A model generated the notes under the pieces. The model was not told the DNA's origin. It searched no databases and saw only the letters and a program-made list of their open reading frames with translations. The position numbers and the translations under genes are program-made. Shown piece by piece: positions 28,062 to 37,945 of a stretch of 64,000 bases of DNA (positions are counted from its first letter, which is position 1; each line of letters starts with the position of its first letter). The stretch comes from Candidatus Omnitrophota bacterium (GTDB taxonomy: Bacteria; Omnitrophota; Gorgyraeia; Gygaellales; Profunditerraquicolaceae). Where the stretch lies: the NCBI GenBank assembly GCA_043812955.1, contig JBDRLN010000066.1, forward strand, positions 64,885 through 128,884. Direction: 5' to 3'.

Positions 28062-28130
28062 ATAAATTAGGGGACGTTTCTATTTTTACAAATTAAGGGC
28101 CGGAGAAAATAGAAACGTCCCCTAATTTAT
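28062..28130. repeat. Perfect 25-nt inverted repeat with 19-nt loop (ATAAATTAGGGGACGTTTCTATTTT ... revcomp) in a divergent intergenic region
   Basis: Read directly; flanked by AT-rich sequence. Confidence 0.6.
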
Positions 28131-28139
28131 ACAAAAAAC

Positions 28140-28168
28140 TTGACCCTGCAATAATGTTATGCTAAACT
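28140..28168 (+). promoter_or_regulatory. Sigma70-type promoter TTGACC-N17-TAAACT (extended TGc) for the sugar-binding protein operon
   Basis: Same TTGAC(A/C)...TTATGCTAAA shape as the pilA promoter. Confidence 0.5.
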
Positions 28169-28257
28169 TATTTGCTAATTCTATTTTACCTAAATAGGCT
28201 GGTTTGCTAGCCTTAAGCCCCAAAGCAAGGCAATAATAAATTATAAAAGGATTAATT

Positions 28258-29598
28258 ATGAGTCTTTTATCGCGTATCGTATTCATTATTCTTCTAACCT
28301 TAGGAATATCTGCCTGTACACCGGTAAAAAAAGCCAATAAACCAACCATAACCGTATGGCATTGGATGATTGATCGGGAAGCGGCACTCCGGGAATTAGC
28401 TAAAAGATATGAGGCTAATACCGGGATAAGGGTGAATTTTGAACTTTACGCCCCCTCTGATGTTTATTCCCAGAAGGTCCGGGCGGCAGCCCAGGGTAAT
28501 ACCTTGCCTGATATATTCGGTATATTAGGCGAAAAGAGAGATTTTAGTTCGTTTATTAAAGCCGGGTTTATCCTGGATTTAACGCCCTATATGGAAGAAA
28601 ATAGCGGTTTTTGGAAAAATAGTTTCTTTGCTACCGCGCTGGCAGTCAATGAATTTAGCGATGGCAATAGTTATGGAATAAAGCCGGGAATTTATGGCGT
28701 GCCCATAGATATTATGACTATTCAGATGCTTTATAATAAAGATTTATTTAAAAAATTAGGGTTAAATCCTGATAAATCGCCGGTTACCTTCCGGGAATTT
28801 TTAGATATCGGTGCCAAGATCAGGCTTGCGAATATGCAAGGGTTAGTTTCTGGCTGGACAGAACCTTGGATGATAGATTGTTTTGCCAATAATTATGCTT
28901 TTAATATTATGGGCAAGGATAAAGTTCTGGCTACCATTAAAGGCGAAGTCCTTTATACTGACCCGGACTGGATAAAGGTATTGACCATTTTTAAGGATAT
29001 GCAGGAATCCGGGGTCCTGGCCAGCGGACTGGTAACAATGGTGAATAAAACCGCAGAGCAGCTTTTTGCCAGCGGCAAGGCGGTATTTGCTTTTAATGGT
29101 TCCTGGTGCGTGAACGTGTATAAGGGGATGAACCCGGATTTAAATTACGCGGCCATGTTTCCACCAAAGGCCTCGGAGCAATTCCCCATGGCGATTTGGG
29201 GCGGAGCTGGCTCGTCTTTTATGGTCAACCCCCGTTCTAAGAACTTAGACGAAACAGTAAAATTCCTAAAATGGTTTACTGCTACCGGACAGCAGACCTA
29301 TTTCTCTGGGGCTACTAACAATCTGCCGGCGAACAAGCAGAGCGCGGCAAGTATGCCCGAGATCAATGCGGCGTTCGCTCGGGGCCTGGATTACGCGATT
29401 CATCCTAATGCCTGGGGCGTATCGGAGTTTTCAATGGTGATTGAGACTTGGGATAAGGGGATCCAATCGATTATCATGGGTGAGAAAACCCCTGAACAGG
29501 TAGCGGCCGAAACTCAAGCGGTTAAGGAGCGGGAAATGGCGCGCAAGCGAAAAATAGATGTCAATAAGAAAGGGGTAATTAGTGGAAAAAGCAGTTAG
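28258..29598 (+). CDS. ABC transporter extracellular solute-binding lipoprotein (family 1, carbohydrate type)
   Basis: Lipobox LGISAC. Size and composition typical of MalE/UgpB-like binding proteins. Confidence 0.75.
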   Translation: MSLLSRIVFIILLTLGISACTPVKKANKPTITVWHWMIDREAALRELAKRYEANTGIRVNFELYAPSDVYSQKVRAAAQGNTLPDIFGILGEKRDFSSFIKAGFILDLTPYMEENSGFWKNSFFATALAVNEFSDGNSYGIKPGIYGVPIDIMTIQMLYNKDLFKKLGLNPDKSPVTFREFLDIGAKIRLANMQGLVSGWTEPWMIDCFANNYAFNIMGKDKVLATIKGEVLYTDPDWIKVLTIFKDMQESGVLASGLVTMVNKTAEQLFASGKAVFAFNGSWCVNVYKGMNPDLNYAAMFPPKASEQFPMAIWGGAGSSFMVNPRSKNLDETVKFLKWFTATGQQTYFSGATNNLPANKQSAASMPEINAAFARGLDYAIHPNAWGVSEFSMVIETWDKGIQSIIMGEKTPEQVAAETQAVKEREMARKRKIDVNKKGVISGKSS

Positions 29599-31105
29599 CC
29601 AGCCTAAACAGCACGTAACAGCCAGCAAAGACCGCATTCCTTTTTTTCAAAAAGCTATATACAGCATAGGGGCATTTGCGAATACTGCTCAGGCTGCTTT
29701 TATTGGGCAGATGGTTATTGTTTTGAACCTCGGATTAGGCGTGAACCCGGCTTTAGTCGGCTTGGTGGGAGCCATTCCCCGTATCGTTGATGCCATATCA
29801 GATCCCATAACCGGGTACTATTCTGATAATCTGCGCTCCCGCTGGGGCAGACGTAAGCCGGTTATATTTTTGGGGGCGATTAGTGGGGGGATTTTATACG
29901 CATTGATGTTCCAGCTCTATAAGGGACATAGCGAAATGTATTATTTCTGGTATTTTTTAATATTCCAAATTTTCTATTTCATTGGATTCACCTGTTTTTC
30001 CATCCCCTGGATTGCGCTCGGCTATGAAATGACGCCTGATTATCATGAGCGGACCCGGTTGCAGGCGGCTAGCAATTTTGTCGGTCAATTACCCTGGCTT
30101 ATCGCACCCTGGTGCTGGGCCATTATGCACAACCGGGCGTGGTTCCTGGATATCGTTGTTGGCGGGCGAGTCCTGGCCGTCATCATCGGTGCCGTTATAA
30201 TCGGGTGCGGCATACTCCCGGCCATCTTCAATAAAGAATTCTTCCATACTTTGCCAAGACCTGATGTCAGGGGCGCTTGGAATGTGATGAAAGACTTCTT
30301 TAAAGGGGCCCTCATCACTCTTAAATGTAAGCCGTTCGTCAAGCTTTGCGTGGCCACCCTGCTGATCTTTGGCGGATTCATGTGTGCGTCAGCTTTTACC
30401 CTTTATGTTGTTTTCTTCTATGTCTTCAAGAACGCTCCCATGCTTGATCAAGCCTATGCAAAAGGCGGTTTATTACTCGGCCTCTTTGGAACATTCAGCG
30501 CTATCTGTACTCTGGGCGTCATTTCTTTAACCACATGGCTATCCAGAAAGCTCGGAAAAAGAAACACATTTTTTGTCACTATCCCTATTTCGATCCTAGG
30601 TTACGCCTTGAAATGGATAGGGTATAATCCTGATCATCCCTATTTGCTATTCATTGCCGCTCCATTTATCACCTTCGGCTTAGGGTCGCTTTTTACGCTG
30701 ATGAACTCTATGGTTGCCGATGTTTGCGATGTTGACGAACTTCAAACCTCCACCCGGCGCGAAGGTATGTTCAGTGCCGTGTATTGGTGGATGGTTAAAC
30801 TGGGAGTAGCGCTGTCATCACTTATCTCTGGATTACTTATCAACGCAACCGGTTTTCACCAAGAGTTGGGCTTGGCTCAAGCATCCGGAACTTTATTGTG
30901 GATGAGAATCTATGATATCGGTATTCCTATTGTGACCTCTATAGGCGCTATTTTCATTATCTGGACTTTTGACATATCGGAAGCGAGGGCGCATGAAGTT
31001 CGCATGCAAGTCGAAAGACGAAGAGAGGAAAGGCGAAAAACAGATGAGCTAGAAGCGCTGAGGCTGGAAGAAGAAAGGCGAAGAAGGGAAAGAAGGAAAG
31101 AGTAG
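29582..31105 (+). CDS. MFS transporter, glycoside-pentoside-hexuronide (MelB-like) family, with a highly charged Arg/Glu C-terminal tail
   Basis: 12 TM helices. GPH N-terminus (FFQKAIYSIGAFANTAQ) and the RWGRRKP loop. Tail reads ERRREERRK...EERRRRERRKE. GTG start uncertain. Confidence 0.7.
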   Translation: MEKAVSQPKQHVTASKDRIPFFQKAIYSIGAFANTAQAAFIGQMVIVLNLGLGVNPALVGLVGAIPRIVDAISDPITGYYSDNLRSRWGRRKPVIFLGAISGGILYALMFQLYKGHSEMYYFWYFLIFQIFYFIGFTCFSIPWIALGYEMTPDYHERTRLQAASNFVGQLPWLIAPWCWAIMHNRAWFLDIVVGGRVLAVIIGAVIIGCGILPAIFNKEFFHTLPRPDVRGAWNVMKDFFKGALITLKCKPFVKLCVATLLIFGGFMCASAFTLYVVFFYVFKNAPMLDQAYAKGGLLLGLFGTFSAICTLGVISLTTWLSRKLGKRNTFFVTIPISILGYALKWIGYNPDHPYLLFIAAPFITFGLGSLFTLMNSMVADVCDVDELQTSTRREGMFSAVYWWMVKLGVALSSLISGLLINATGFHQELGLAQASGTLLWMRIYDIGIPIVTSIGAIFIIWTFDISEARAHEVRMQVERRREERRKTDELEALRLEEERRRRERRKE

Positions 31106-31117
31106 GTTAGTGTTGCC

Positions 31118-32002
31118 ATGAAGATCAAAGATACTCTTGAAAATTACGTGTTCGTATTACCGGCAGTAATTATCTTTACGATTTTCTATATCGTCCCGTT
31201 TTTTTGGATTTTCCAGCTGGGGATGTTTGATTGGGATGGCATCCTCCCGACTAAGATTTTTATCGGCTTTGACAATTTTAAGGAGATTTTTACCCTTGAT
31301 AAAAGCTGGTGGCAGGCGATGGGGAATGCCGGATACATCACCCTGATCGCCCTGACCTTCCAGAACGCCATAGCTTTTTTACTAGCTTTAGCCTGCGACC
31401 GAGAAATCCGGATGAAGAACTGGTACAAGGTGATTTTCTTTATCCCGCCTATACTTTCAGAGATAGTGGTAGGTATGGCCTGGAGGTTTATCATCAGCGA
31501 TGTGGGAGGCGCTAACCTGGTCAACCGTTTTCTTATAGCTAGCGGGTTCCCGCAGCTCGTGCGCAACTGGCTCTCAGACCCTAAGACCGCCTTGACTACT
31601 GTCGCTATAGTGCACTGTTGGAAGGGTTTTGGTTTTGGATTTCTCATCTTTCTTGCCGGGCTACAAACCATCCCTAAAGAATTGTGCGAGGCCGCCCGGG
31701 TTGACGGGGCCAATGCCTGGCAATCGTTTTGGCGCATAACCCTGCCGCTAATGATGCCGGTGGCGGTGCTGGTTGCGATACTGACTATTTTGGGTACGAT
31801 GCAGGCATTCGTGCTGATCATCGGTTTGGTTGGCGGTGAAATGGCCGGCCATACCTCGGTGCCGGTCTTACGCATCCTGGCTTCGATGCGCGATTCATCC
31901 AGGTTCGGATACGCCTGCGCCCAGGGCATCACCTTCGGCGCGGTGCTAGTAGCGATCTCTTTCATGCAGCTCAGGTTATCGAGGAAGTACAGGAGTGCGT
32001 AG
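31118..32002 (+). CDS. ABC sugar transporter permease (MalF/UgpA-type)
   Basis: Six TM helices. EAA loop (ELCEAARVDGANAWQSFWRITLP). Confidence 0.85.
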   Translation: MKIKDTLENYVFVLPAVIIFTIFYIVPFFWIFQLGMFDWDGILPTKIFIGFDNFKEIFTLDKSWWQAMGNAGYITLIALTFQNAIAFLLALACDREIRMKNWYKVIFFIPPILSEIVVGMAWRFIISDVGGANLVNRFLIASGFPQLVRNWLSDPKTALTTVAIVHCWKGFGFGFLIFLAGLQTIPKELCEAARVDGANAWQSFWRITLPLMMPVAVLVAILTILGTMQAFVLIIGLVGGEMAGHTSVPVLRILASMRDSSRFGYACAQGITFGAVLVAISFMQLRLSRKYRSA

Positions 32003-32059
32003 GGAGTCAAAGAGTTCATAGTTCGTAGTGCGTAGTTAAAGCAAAAAGGTTTTAAGATC

Positions 32060-32908
32060 ATGAGAGTATTTGCATATTACACTACTAAAAAGGTCACTAT
32101 TAATCTGTTCATCCATTTATTCCTGTTCAGCGTGGCCTTGATTTGCCTTTATCCGCTTTTATGGATGGTCCTGGCGAGTTTAAAGACCCAGCAGACTATT
32201 TTTAGCGATATCTGGGTCATTCCGCGCCAATTCCATTTTGAGAATTATGTTAACGCTTGGAAAGAAGGCGGCTTCGGCCGCAATTTTTTAAACAGCATTT
32301 TTTACACAACCTTGGTGGTCGTGGGAATAGTGTTTATTTCCTCGCTGGCTGCCTATGCCTTTGCTCGGATGAGATTTCCCGGTAGGAACGTCCTGTTCAT
32401 AATCTTCATGGCGGCGATGATGATTCCTATTCCTGGCAGTTTTGTCGCCCTTTACGTACTTTTGAATAAACTGCATCTGCGTAACACGCCCGTAGGCTAT
32501 ATTCTATGCATGATCAATGTTGGTCTCTCCACCAGTATTTATCTGCTGAAGACATTCTTTGATAAGATGCCTCAGGAGTTTGAGGATGCCGCGCGTATTG
32601 ACGGTTGTTCCAAGATCGGGCTCTGGTGGCACGTTGCAATGCCATTGGCAAAACCGGCCTTGGCAGTTGTGGTCGTGTTCAACGCGCTCAATGTCTGGAA
32701 TGAATATATCCTGGCTATGATCATTTTTGATTCGCGTAAACTTATGCCGCTTCAGGTCGCCTTGAAGTCATTCCAGGGCGAGTTCGTCACCAATTACCCG
32801 CTTTTGATGGCCGGGCTGACCATTACCGCCATGCCGATTATAATAGTATATATATTAATGCAGAAATATATTATTAAAGGGGTTACTCAGGGAGCGTTAG
32901 TAGGATGA
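32060..32908 (+). CDS. ABC sugar transporter permease (MalG/UgpE-type)
   Basis: EAA loop (EFEDAARIDGCSKIGLWWHVAMP). Confidence 0.85.
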   Translation: MRVFAYYTTKKVTINLFIHLFLFSVALICLYPLLWMVLASLKTQQTIFSDIWVIPRQFHFENYVNAWKEGGFGRNFLNSIFYTTLVVVGIVFISSLAAYAFARMRFPGRNVLFIIFMAAMMIPIPGSFVALYVLLNKLHLRNTPVGYILCMINVGLSTSIYLLKTFFDKMPQEFEDAARIDGCSKIGLWWHVAMPLAKPALAVVVVFNALNVWNEYILAMIIFDSRKLMPLQVALKSFQGEFVTNYPLLMAGLTITAMPIIIVYILMQKYIIKGVTQGALVG

Positions 32909-35241
32909 TTAATTTAGTTATCGGTTATCGGTTGTCGGTTATCGGGTTAAAAAAGATTTTGAAAATTTCCTTACTGTTATTTATTACGGTTTACGGTTTA
33001 CAGTTTACAGCTTATAGCTTATTTGCTGAAGATAAGCCATCTTCCGGTGAATTGATCAGTAAATCCTGGGATGCCCACGGTAAAAAAGATATCGAGAATA
33101 CCTTTAAATATACCCAGCAATGTATAGATTTATATAAGGATATTGCTGATAGAGAGCAGGTTTCTTTAAGGGCCTTACCTAAGAATAAGGATGAGATTGA
33201 GAGGGTGAATATCTTAAATGATGTGGCTACGGCTTATTTTATCCAGGCCGAGTCTTATATGCGCCAGGGTAGGCCTGAGGAATCCAAAAAAATATTTAAG
33301 ATAATTATTGATAATTACTATTATGCCCAGGCCTGGGATCAGTTTGGTTGGTATTGGCAGGTAGCCGAGATAGCCAAAAAGAGTATTCAGAAGATAGAGA
33401 CCGGTTCTATCGAGATAGAAGAAAAGAAGAAAGAAGTCAGCCAGTTGGTTACAAAAATAATCCTTTATGATCCGGGCAAGGAATTTATCGTCAACTATGA
33501 CAAATATGGGGAATTCAGAGATATAGGGACTAAGGGTTACCGGTATATTATTAAAAACCAGGAAGGTTTGTCCCAAGCTGTTGGTGAAGCAATCTATCCC
33601 AATACTACATCTATAAGGTGGGACCCGGAGTTTAAAAAGGCTAATAAAGAAAAGAGGTTGCAAGGTAACCTTTGGGATTTTGTCTATTCTCCTGACCTGG
33701 AGGCTGCTTTTTTAAAATGGGCTATGTCTTCCGAGCCGCAAGGAGTAAAATTATTCTATACCGGGCTGATGCTTGAGAAATCCGGTTTGATAGAACAGGC
33801 TATTAAATGTTACTATGCTATAGTAGTACATTTCCCGGGATCTTATGGTTGGACTTATTTTAAGACTCCTTGGTATGTCGGCCAGGCTGCCATAGCAAAA
33901 ATAAATTTTTTATTACACCGTAATCCCCAATTAAGCTACAAATTAGTTGATGCCGATATCAATATAATCAATGGTTATGATAATGATGTGGCTAATGATA
34001 CTGTGATTACTAATCCGGGTAGATTTGTTAAGGTTAATCTTTTAGATAAAATCAGGCCTAAACCGGCTGTGGAGGATCTAAGTATTAAGAGGCGGTTAGG
34101 CAAGGGGAAGGTGAGACTTATCCAATACGAGACCGGCGACTGGCAGCTTTTAGTTGAAGATAAGCCGTTTGTGATCAAGGCAGTGACCTATGCTCCGACT
34201 ACAATAGGTCAATCTCCTCATGAGGGGACATTAGGCAATTGGATGGATGAGGATTCTAATCATAACGGAAAGATCGATGGGCCTTATGATGCCTTTTGGG
34301 ATAAGAATAAAAATAATATCCAGGATCCGGATGAACCGGCCTCCGGTGATTTTAAATTAATGCAGGATATGGGGGTTAATGCCGTCAGGTTGTATCATCA
34401 TCCCAACCGGGTCAATAAAGAACTTTTAAGAGACCTTTACAGAAATTATGGTATAATGGTGATAATGGGGGATTACCTGGGTGTTTACGCGCTTGGTTCA
34501 GGCGCGCCTTGGAATCCGGGCACGGATTATAATAACCCCGAGCATAAAAAGAACATGACTGAATCCGTGACCAATATGGTCATGGAGTTTAAGGATGAGC
34601 CGTATATATTATTCTGGCTTCTGGGAAATGAGAATGTCTATGGGGTGGCCTGTAATGCCAAGGCCAACCCGGATGCCTTTTATAAGTTTGCTGACGATAC
34701 GGCTAAGTTAATTAAATCTCTGGATCCCGAACATCCGGTAGCTCTTAGTAATGGAGATGTTTTTTATCTGGATAAATTTGCCAAGGATGCCCCGGATATT
34801 GATATCTTTGGGGCTAATGCCTATCGCGGGAATTACGGATTCGGGGCTTTATGGAGGCAGGTAAGGGTATTAACCGATCGACCGGCTTTTATTACCGAAT
34901 TCGGTTGTTCGGCTTTTGCCAAAGGTAAGTCCGAAGACGAATCTGAAATGCTTCAGGCTGAATATCACCGCGGCTCTTGGGAGGATATTCAGAATAATAT
35001 AGCTTTTGCTGGCGGTGCCGGTAATGCCTTAGGCGGTATCATCTTTGAATGGCTGGATGAGTGGTGGAAAGGCTATGAACCTTCGATCCATGATAAAAAA
35101 GGCTTGTGGATAGGGCCGTTTCCCGATGGTACTATGTATGAAGAGTGGCTTGGCCTTTGCAGTCAAGGTGAAGGTAAGCTTAGCCCTTTTTTGCGCCAGT
35201 TAAGAAAGTCTTATTTTATGTATAAAGAAATGTGGAAGTAA
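32905..35241 (+). CDS. Secreted multi-domain glycoside hydrolase, clan GH-A TIM barrel (GH5/GH2-like) with an N-terminal TPR-like region
   Basis: NAVRLYHH, WLLGNENVYG (acid/base NE), FITEFGC (nucleophile E). ATGA-coupled to the permease gene. Confidence 0.7.
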   Translation: MINLVIGYRLSVIGLKKILKISLLLFITVYGLQFTAYSLFAEDKPSSGELISKSWDAHGKKDIENTFKYTQQCIDLYKDIADREQVSLRALPKNKDEIERVNILNDVATAYFIQAESYMRQGRPEESKKIFKIIIDNYYYAQAWDQFGWYWQVAEIAKKSIQKIETGSIEIEEKKKEVSQLVTKIILYDPGKEFIVNYDKYGEFRDIGTKGYRYIIKNQEGLSQAVGEAIYPNTTSIRWDPEFKKANKEKRLQGNLWDFVYSPDLEAAFLKWAMSSEPQGVKLFYTGLMLEKSGLIEQAIKCYYAIVVHFPGSYGWTYFKTPWYVGQAAIAKINFLLHRNPQLSYKLVDADINIINGYDNDVANDTVITNPGRFVKVNLLDKIRPKPAVEDLSIKRRLGKGKVRLIQYETGDWQLLVEDKPFVIKAVTYAPTTIGQSPHEGTLGNWMDEDSNHNGKIDGPYDAFWDKNKNNIQDPDEPASGDFKLMQDMGVNAVRLYHHPNRVNKELLRDLYRNYGIMVIMGDYLGVYALGSGAPWNPGTDYNNPEHKKNMTESVTNMVMEFKDEPYILFWLLGNENVYGVACNAKANPDAFYKFADDTAKLIKSLDPEHPVALSNGDVFYLDKFAKDAPDIDIFGANAYRGNYGFGALWRQVRVLTDRPAFITEFGCSAFAKGKSEDESEMLQAEYHRGSWEDIQNNIAFAGGAGNALGGIIFEWLDEWWKGYEPSIHDKKGLWIGPFPDGTMYEEWLGLCSQGEGKLSPFLRQLRKSYFMYKEMWK

Positions 35242-35451
35242 GTGAGCGCATTAGGATTGGGATATTTGGGCTATAACAGCGCACCTTTTTATATTAAGAT
35301 TTTGACTTGAGAAGCACGAATAAATAAAAGGTGCTGAGTTATCTGCTCGTTGGAGGTAGAAAGGAGGCGGTAGGCAGGATTTTCTCTGCTTGAAATATAA
35401 ATTTTAATTATATAGCATAATCAAAATTACCTTAAAAGGAGGCGGTTAAAA

Positions 35452-36612
35452 ATGAAAAAAATCATATTAGCGCTAATTGTAGTGTTTGCTTGCTTAGGCG
35501 TAAGTCTTGCCCAGAACAGGGCTACTGCCGAAACAAAGGAGTTTACGGTTTACAAGGATAAAAATGCCAAAGAGAATCATTATGCCCCGTCGGGCTGGAT
35601 GGGCGATTATAATGACGTAAAACTGAATGACCAATCTGCGGATAATCCTCATTCCGGGGTCAGCTGTATACAGTTTATTTATACTGCCAAGAAATCGCAA
35701 GGCCAGGGTTGGGCCGGGGTATATTGGCAGAATCCGGCTAATAATTGGGGCGATAAAAAGGGTGGTTTTGACTTGACCGGAATGACCAAGCTGACTTTTT
35801 GGGCCAGGGGCGCTAAGGGTGGTGAGGTAATCCAGAAATTCAAAATCGGCGGGATGGGGATTGAATCTGGGAAGACCTATCCGGATTCAACCCAGGTGGA
35901 ATTTGGTCCAATCGAATTGACTAATAACTGGAAGCAATACACCATTAATCTGGCCGGAAAAGACCTTTCTTATATTAATGGGGCCTTTTCTTGGACTACC
36001 ACTGTTGATTTAAATCCCGAAGGAGCGATCTTTTATATCGATGATATTAAGTTTGAGGCTGATGCGTCGATGAAGATTGAAGGCCGCAAGCAGCAGAACA
36101 TGCCTTTTTACGTTTTTGCTGACAGGTCGTCGATCAATAATCATTTTGTTTCTTCAGGGTATATGGGCGATTACGGCGATTTAAGGTATGACGGCGCTTC
36201 CAAGGAGGATGCTTATTTAGGTGATACTTGTATTAAGATAATTTATACCGGAAAGGCTACTCAGGGTGCGCGTTGGGCAGGTATATACTGGCAGCAACCG
36301 GCTAATAACTGGGGTACTATTGATGCCGGATATGATTTATCCAAAGCCACCAAGCTTACCTTTTGGGCCCATGGGGCCAAGGGTGGGGAGCGGATTGAGG
36401 AGTTTAAGGTCGGCGGATTAATGGGCGAGTATTCTGACTCCGACACGGCAAGCGTAGGCCCAGTTATCCTGAACAAAGAGTGGACTCAGTATACGATTGA
36501 CCTTAAGGGTAAAGACATGTCCTATATTATCGGCGGATTTTGTTGGGCAACTAATAGCGACATGAATCCCGAAGGAGCTACTTTCTACCTTGATGAGATT
36601 AGATACGAATAA
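35452..36612 (+). CDS. Secreted protein made of two ~170-aa tandem repeats, putative carbohydrate-binding module pair
   Basis: Signal peptide. Internal duplication (WAGVYWQNPANNWG...KLTFWARGAKGG // WAGIYWQQPANNWG...KLTFWAHGAKGG). Confidence 0.6.
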   Translation: MKKIILALIVVFACLGVSLAQNRATAETKEFTVYKDKNAKENHYAPSGWMGDYNDVKLNDQSADNPHSGVSCIQFIYTAKKSQGQGWAGVYWQNPANNWGDKKGGFDLTGMTKLTFWARGAKGGEVIQKFKIGGMGIESGKTYPDSTQVEFGPIELTNNWKQYTINLAGKDLSYINGAFSWTTTVDLNPEGAIFYIDDIKFEADASMKIEGRKQQNMPFYVFADRSSINNHFVSSGYMGDYGDLRYDGASKEDAYLGDTCIKIIYTGKATQGARWAGIYWQQPANNWGTIDAGYDLSKATKLTFWAHGAKGGERIEEFKVGGLMGEYSDSDTASVGPVILNKEWTQYTIDLKGKDMSYIIGGFCWATNSDMNPEGATFYLDEIRYE

Positions 36613-37933
36613 GCCTAAAAATAGACCTACAGGTAAAGTCCATCATAAGGGCGCCAGGCCTAAAAACCTGGTGCCCTTATATCTTGGTTTAGGCCTGTGT
36701 TTTTTATTTTTGTTTATCCTTTGGGCAGCCTCTTTCAAACCTAGCCCTAAGGTTTATATTCAAAAACTCGCCGATGGCCAGTATCGTTTAATCGTCAATT
36801 CTAAGCCTTATGTGGTAAAAGGTGTTTGCTATAGCCCCGTGCCCATAGGCCAGAATCACCAGTATGACTGGTGGTCCAGCCCGTATAAACCCTGGATTGT
36901 TGACGGTAAATTGATGAAAGAGATGGGAGTTAATACAGTGCGGTTCTATCAACCCGGAGAAAATCCGGAGGCAGTTAAAAAAGTGATTCAGGATTTATAT
37001 GATAAGTATGGTATAAGGACTATCCTTGGCCACTGGTTGGGTTTTTGGGAGTATCCTTGTCCGTTTTACGGAGACGCCGATTTCCAGGATAAGGTTAAAA
37101 AAGATGTCCTGGAAATGGTTAAGAATTTAAAGGATGAGCCGGGAATCCTGATGTGGGTTTTAGGTAATGAGAATAATTATTCTTGTCTGGGTACAGTTAA
37201 TCCCTGGTCAACTGAAGAGATAGAAAAAGAGCGTGACCCCCAGAAACAAAAGGCGATGCGGGCCAAGATTTATTATTCTTTCATTAATGAATTAACCAAA
37301 GAGATTCATAAAATAGACGTTAACCATCCTGTGGCATTAGGCAATGGAGAGTTAATAGGGTTGGAATATGCTAAAGAATTCGCTTCCGATGTCGACCTGA
37401 TAGCTTGTATCATCTACCGGGGCAAGACATTCGGTAATTTGTTCAAGTCCCTGAAGGCGACTTTTGATAAACCGGTAATGTTAAGTGAATTTGGCGCAGA
37501 TAGCTACGATGCCTACCTTAAGAAAGAGGACCAGAATATGCAGGCCTTTTTCTTAGAATCACAGTGGCGTCAGATTTATCAGAATCTAGCCGGCAATAAA
37601 GATGGCGCGGGGAATTGCCTGGGCGGGGCGATGTTTGAATGGACAGATGAATGGTGGAAACATAATGAGGCTTCTACGGATGGCTGGAAGATCCATGATA
37701 CTGAATCTAACTGGTCTAACGGCAGTTATTATTTTGATATTAAAGCCGAAGATAATAAGAATATGAACGAAGAATGGTTTGGTATTGTAGCTTTGTCCGA
37801 ATCTCAAAAAGAAAGCGGCTTAAATAAGCGTATACCCCGTAAGGCCTATTATGTAATCCGCGATTTCTGGAAGAATCCGGATACCAATAACCGGAATAAA
37901 ATAACCGGAATAAAAATAAAAAAAACTAAATGA
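36590..37933 (+). CDS. Glycoside hydrolase, clan GH-A TIM barrel, paralogous to the catalytic part of 32905-35241
   Basis: NTVRFYQPG, WVLGNENNYS, MLSEFGADSY. N-terminal signal anchor. Start approximate. Confidence 0.7.
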   Translation: MMRLDTNKPKNRPTGKVHHKGARPKNLVPLYLGLGLCFLFLFILWAASFKPSPKVYIQKLADGQYRLIVNSKPYVVKGVCYSPVPIGQNHQYDWWSSPYKPWIVDGKLMKEMGVNTVRFYQPGENPEAVKKVIQDLYDKYGIRTILGHWLGFWEYPCPFYGDADFQDKVKKDVLEMVKNLKDEPGILMWVLGNENNYSCLGTVNPWSTEEIEKERDPQKQKAMRAKIYYSFINELTKEIHKIDVNHPVALGNGELIGLEYAKEFASDVDLIACIIYRGKTFGNLFKSLKATFDKPVMLSEFGADSYDAYLKKEDQNMQAFFLESQWRQIYQNLAGNKDGAGNCLGGAMFEWTDEWWKHNEASTDGWKIHDTESNWSNGSYYFDIKAEDNKNMNEEWFGIVALSESQKESGLNKRIPRKAYYVIRDFWKNPDTNNRNKITGIKIKKTK

Positions 37934-37945
37934 GGCAGGAATAAT

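Noticed and set aside
31186-32061. 291-aa ORF on the minus strand
   Set aside because: It lies entirely antisense to the well-supported MalF-type permease gene. The Ala/Pro/Ser-rich translation is typical of a GC-skewed antisense frame, and there is no RBS.
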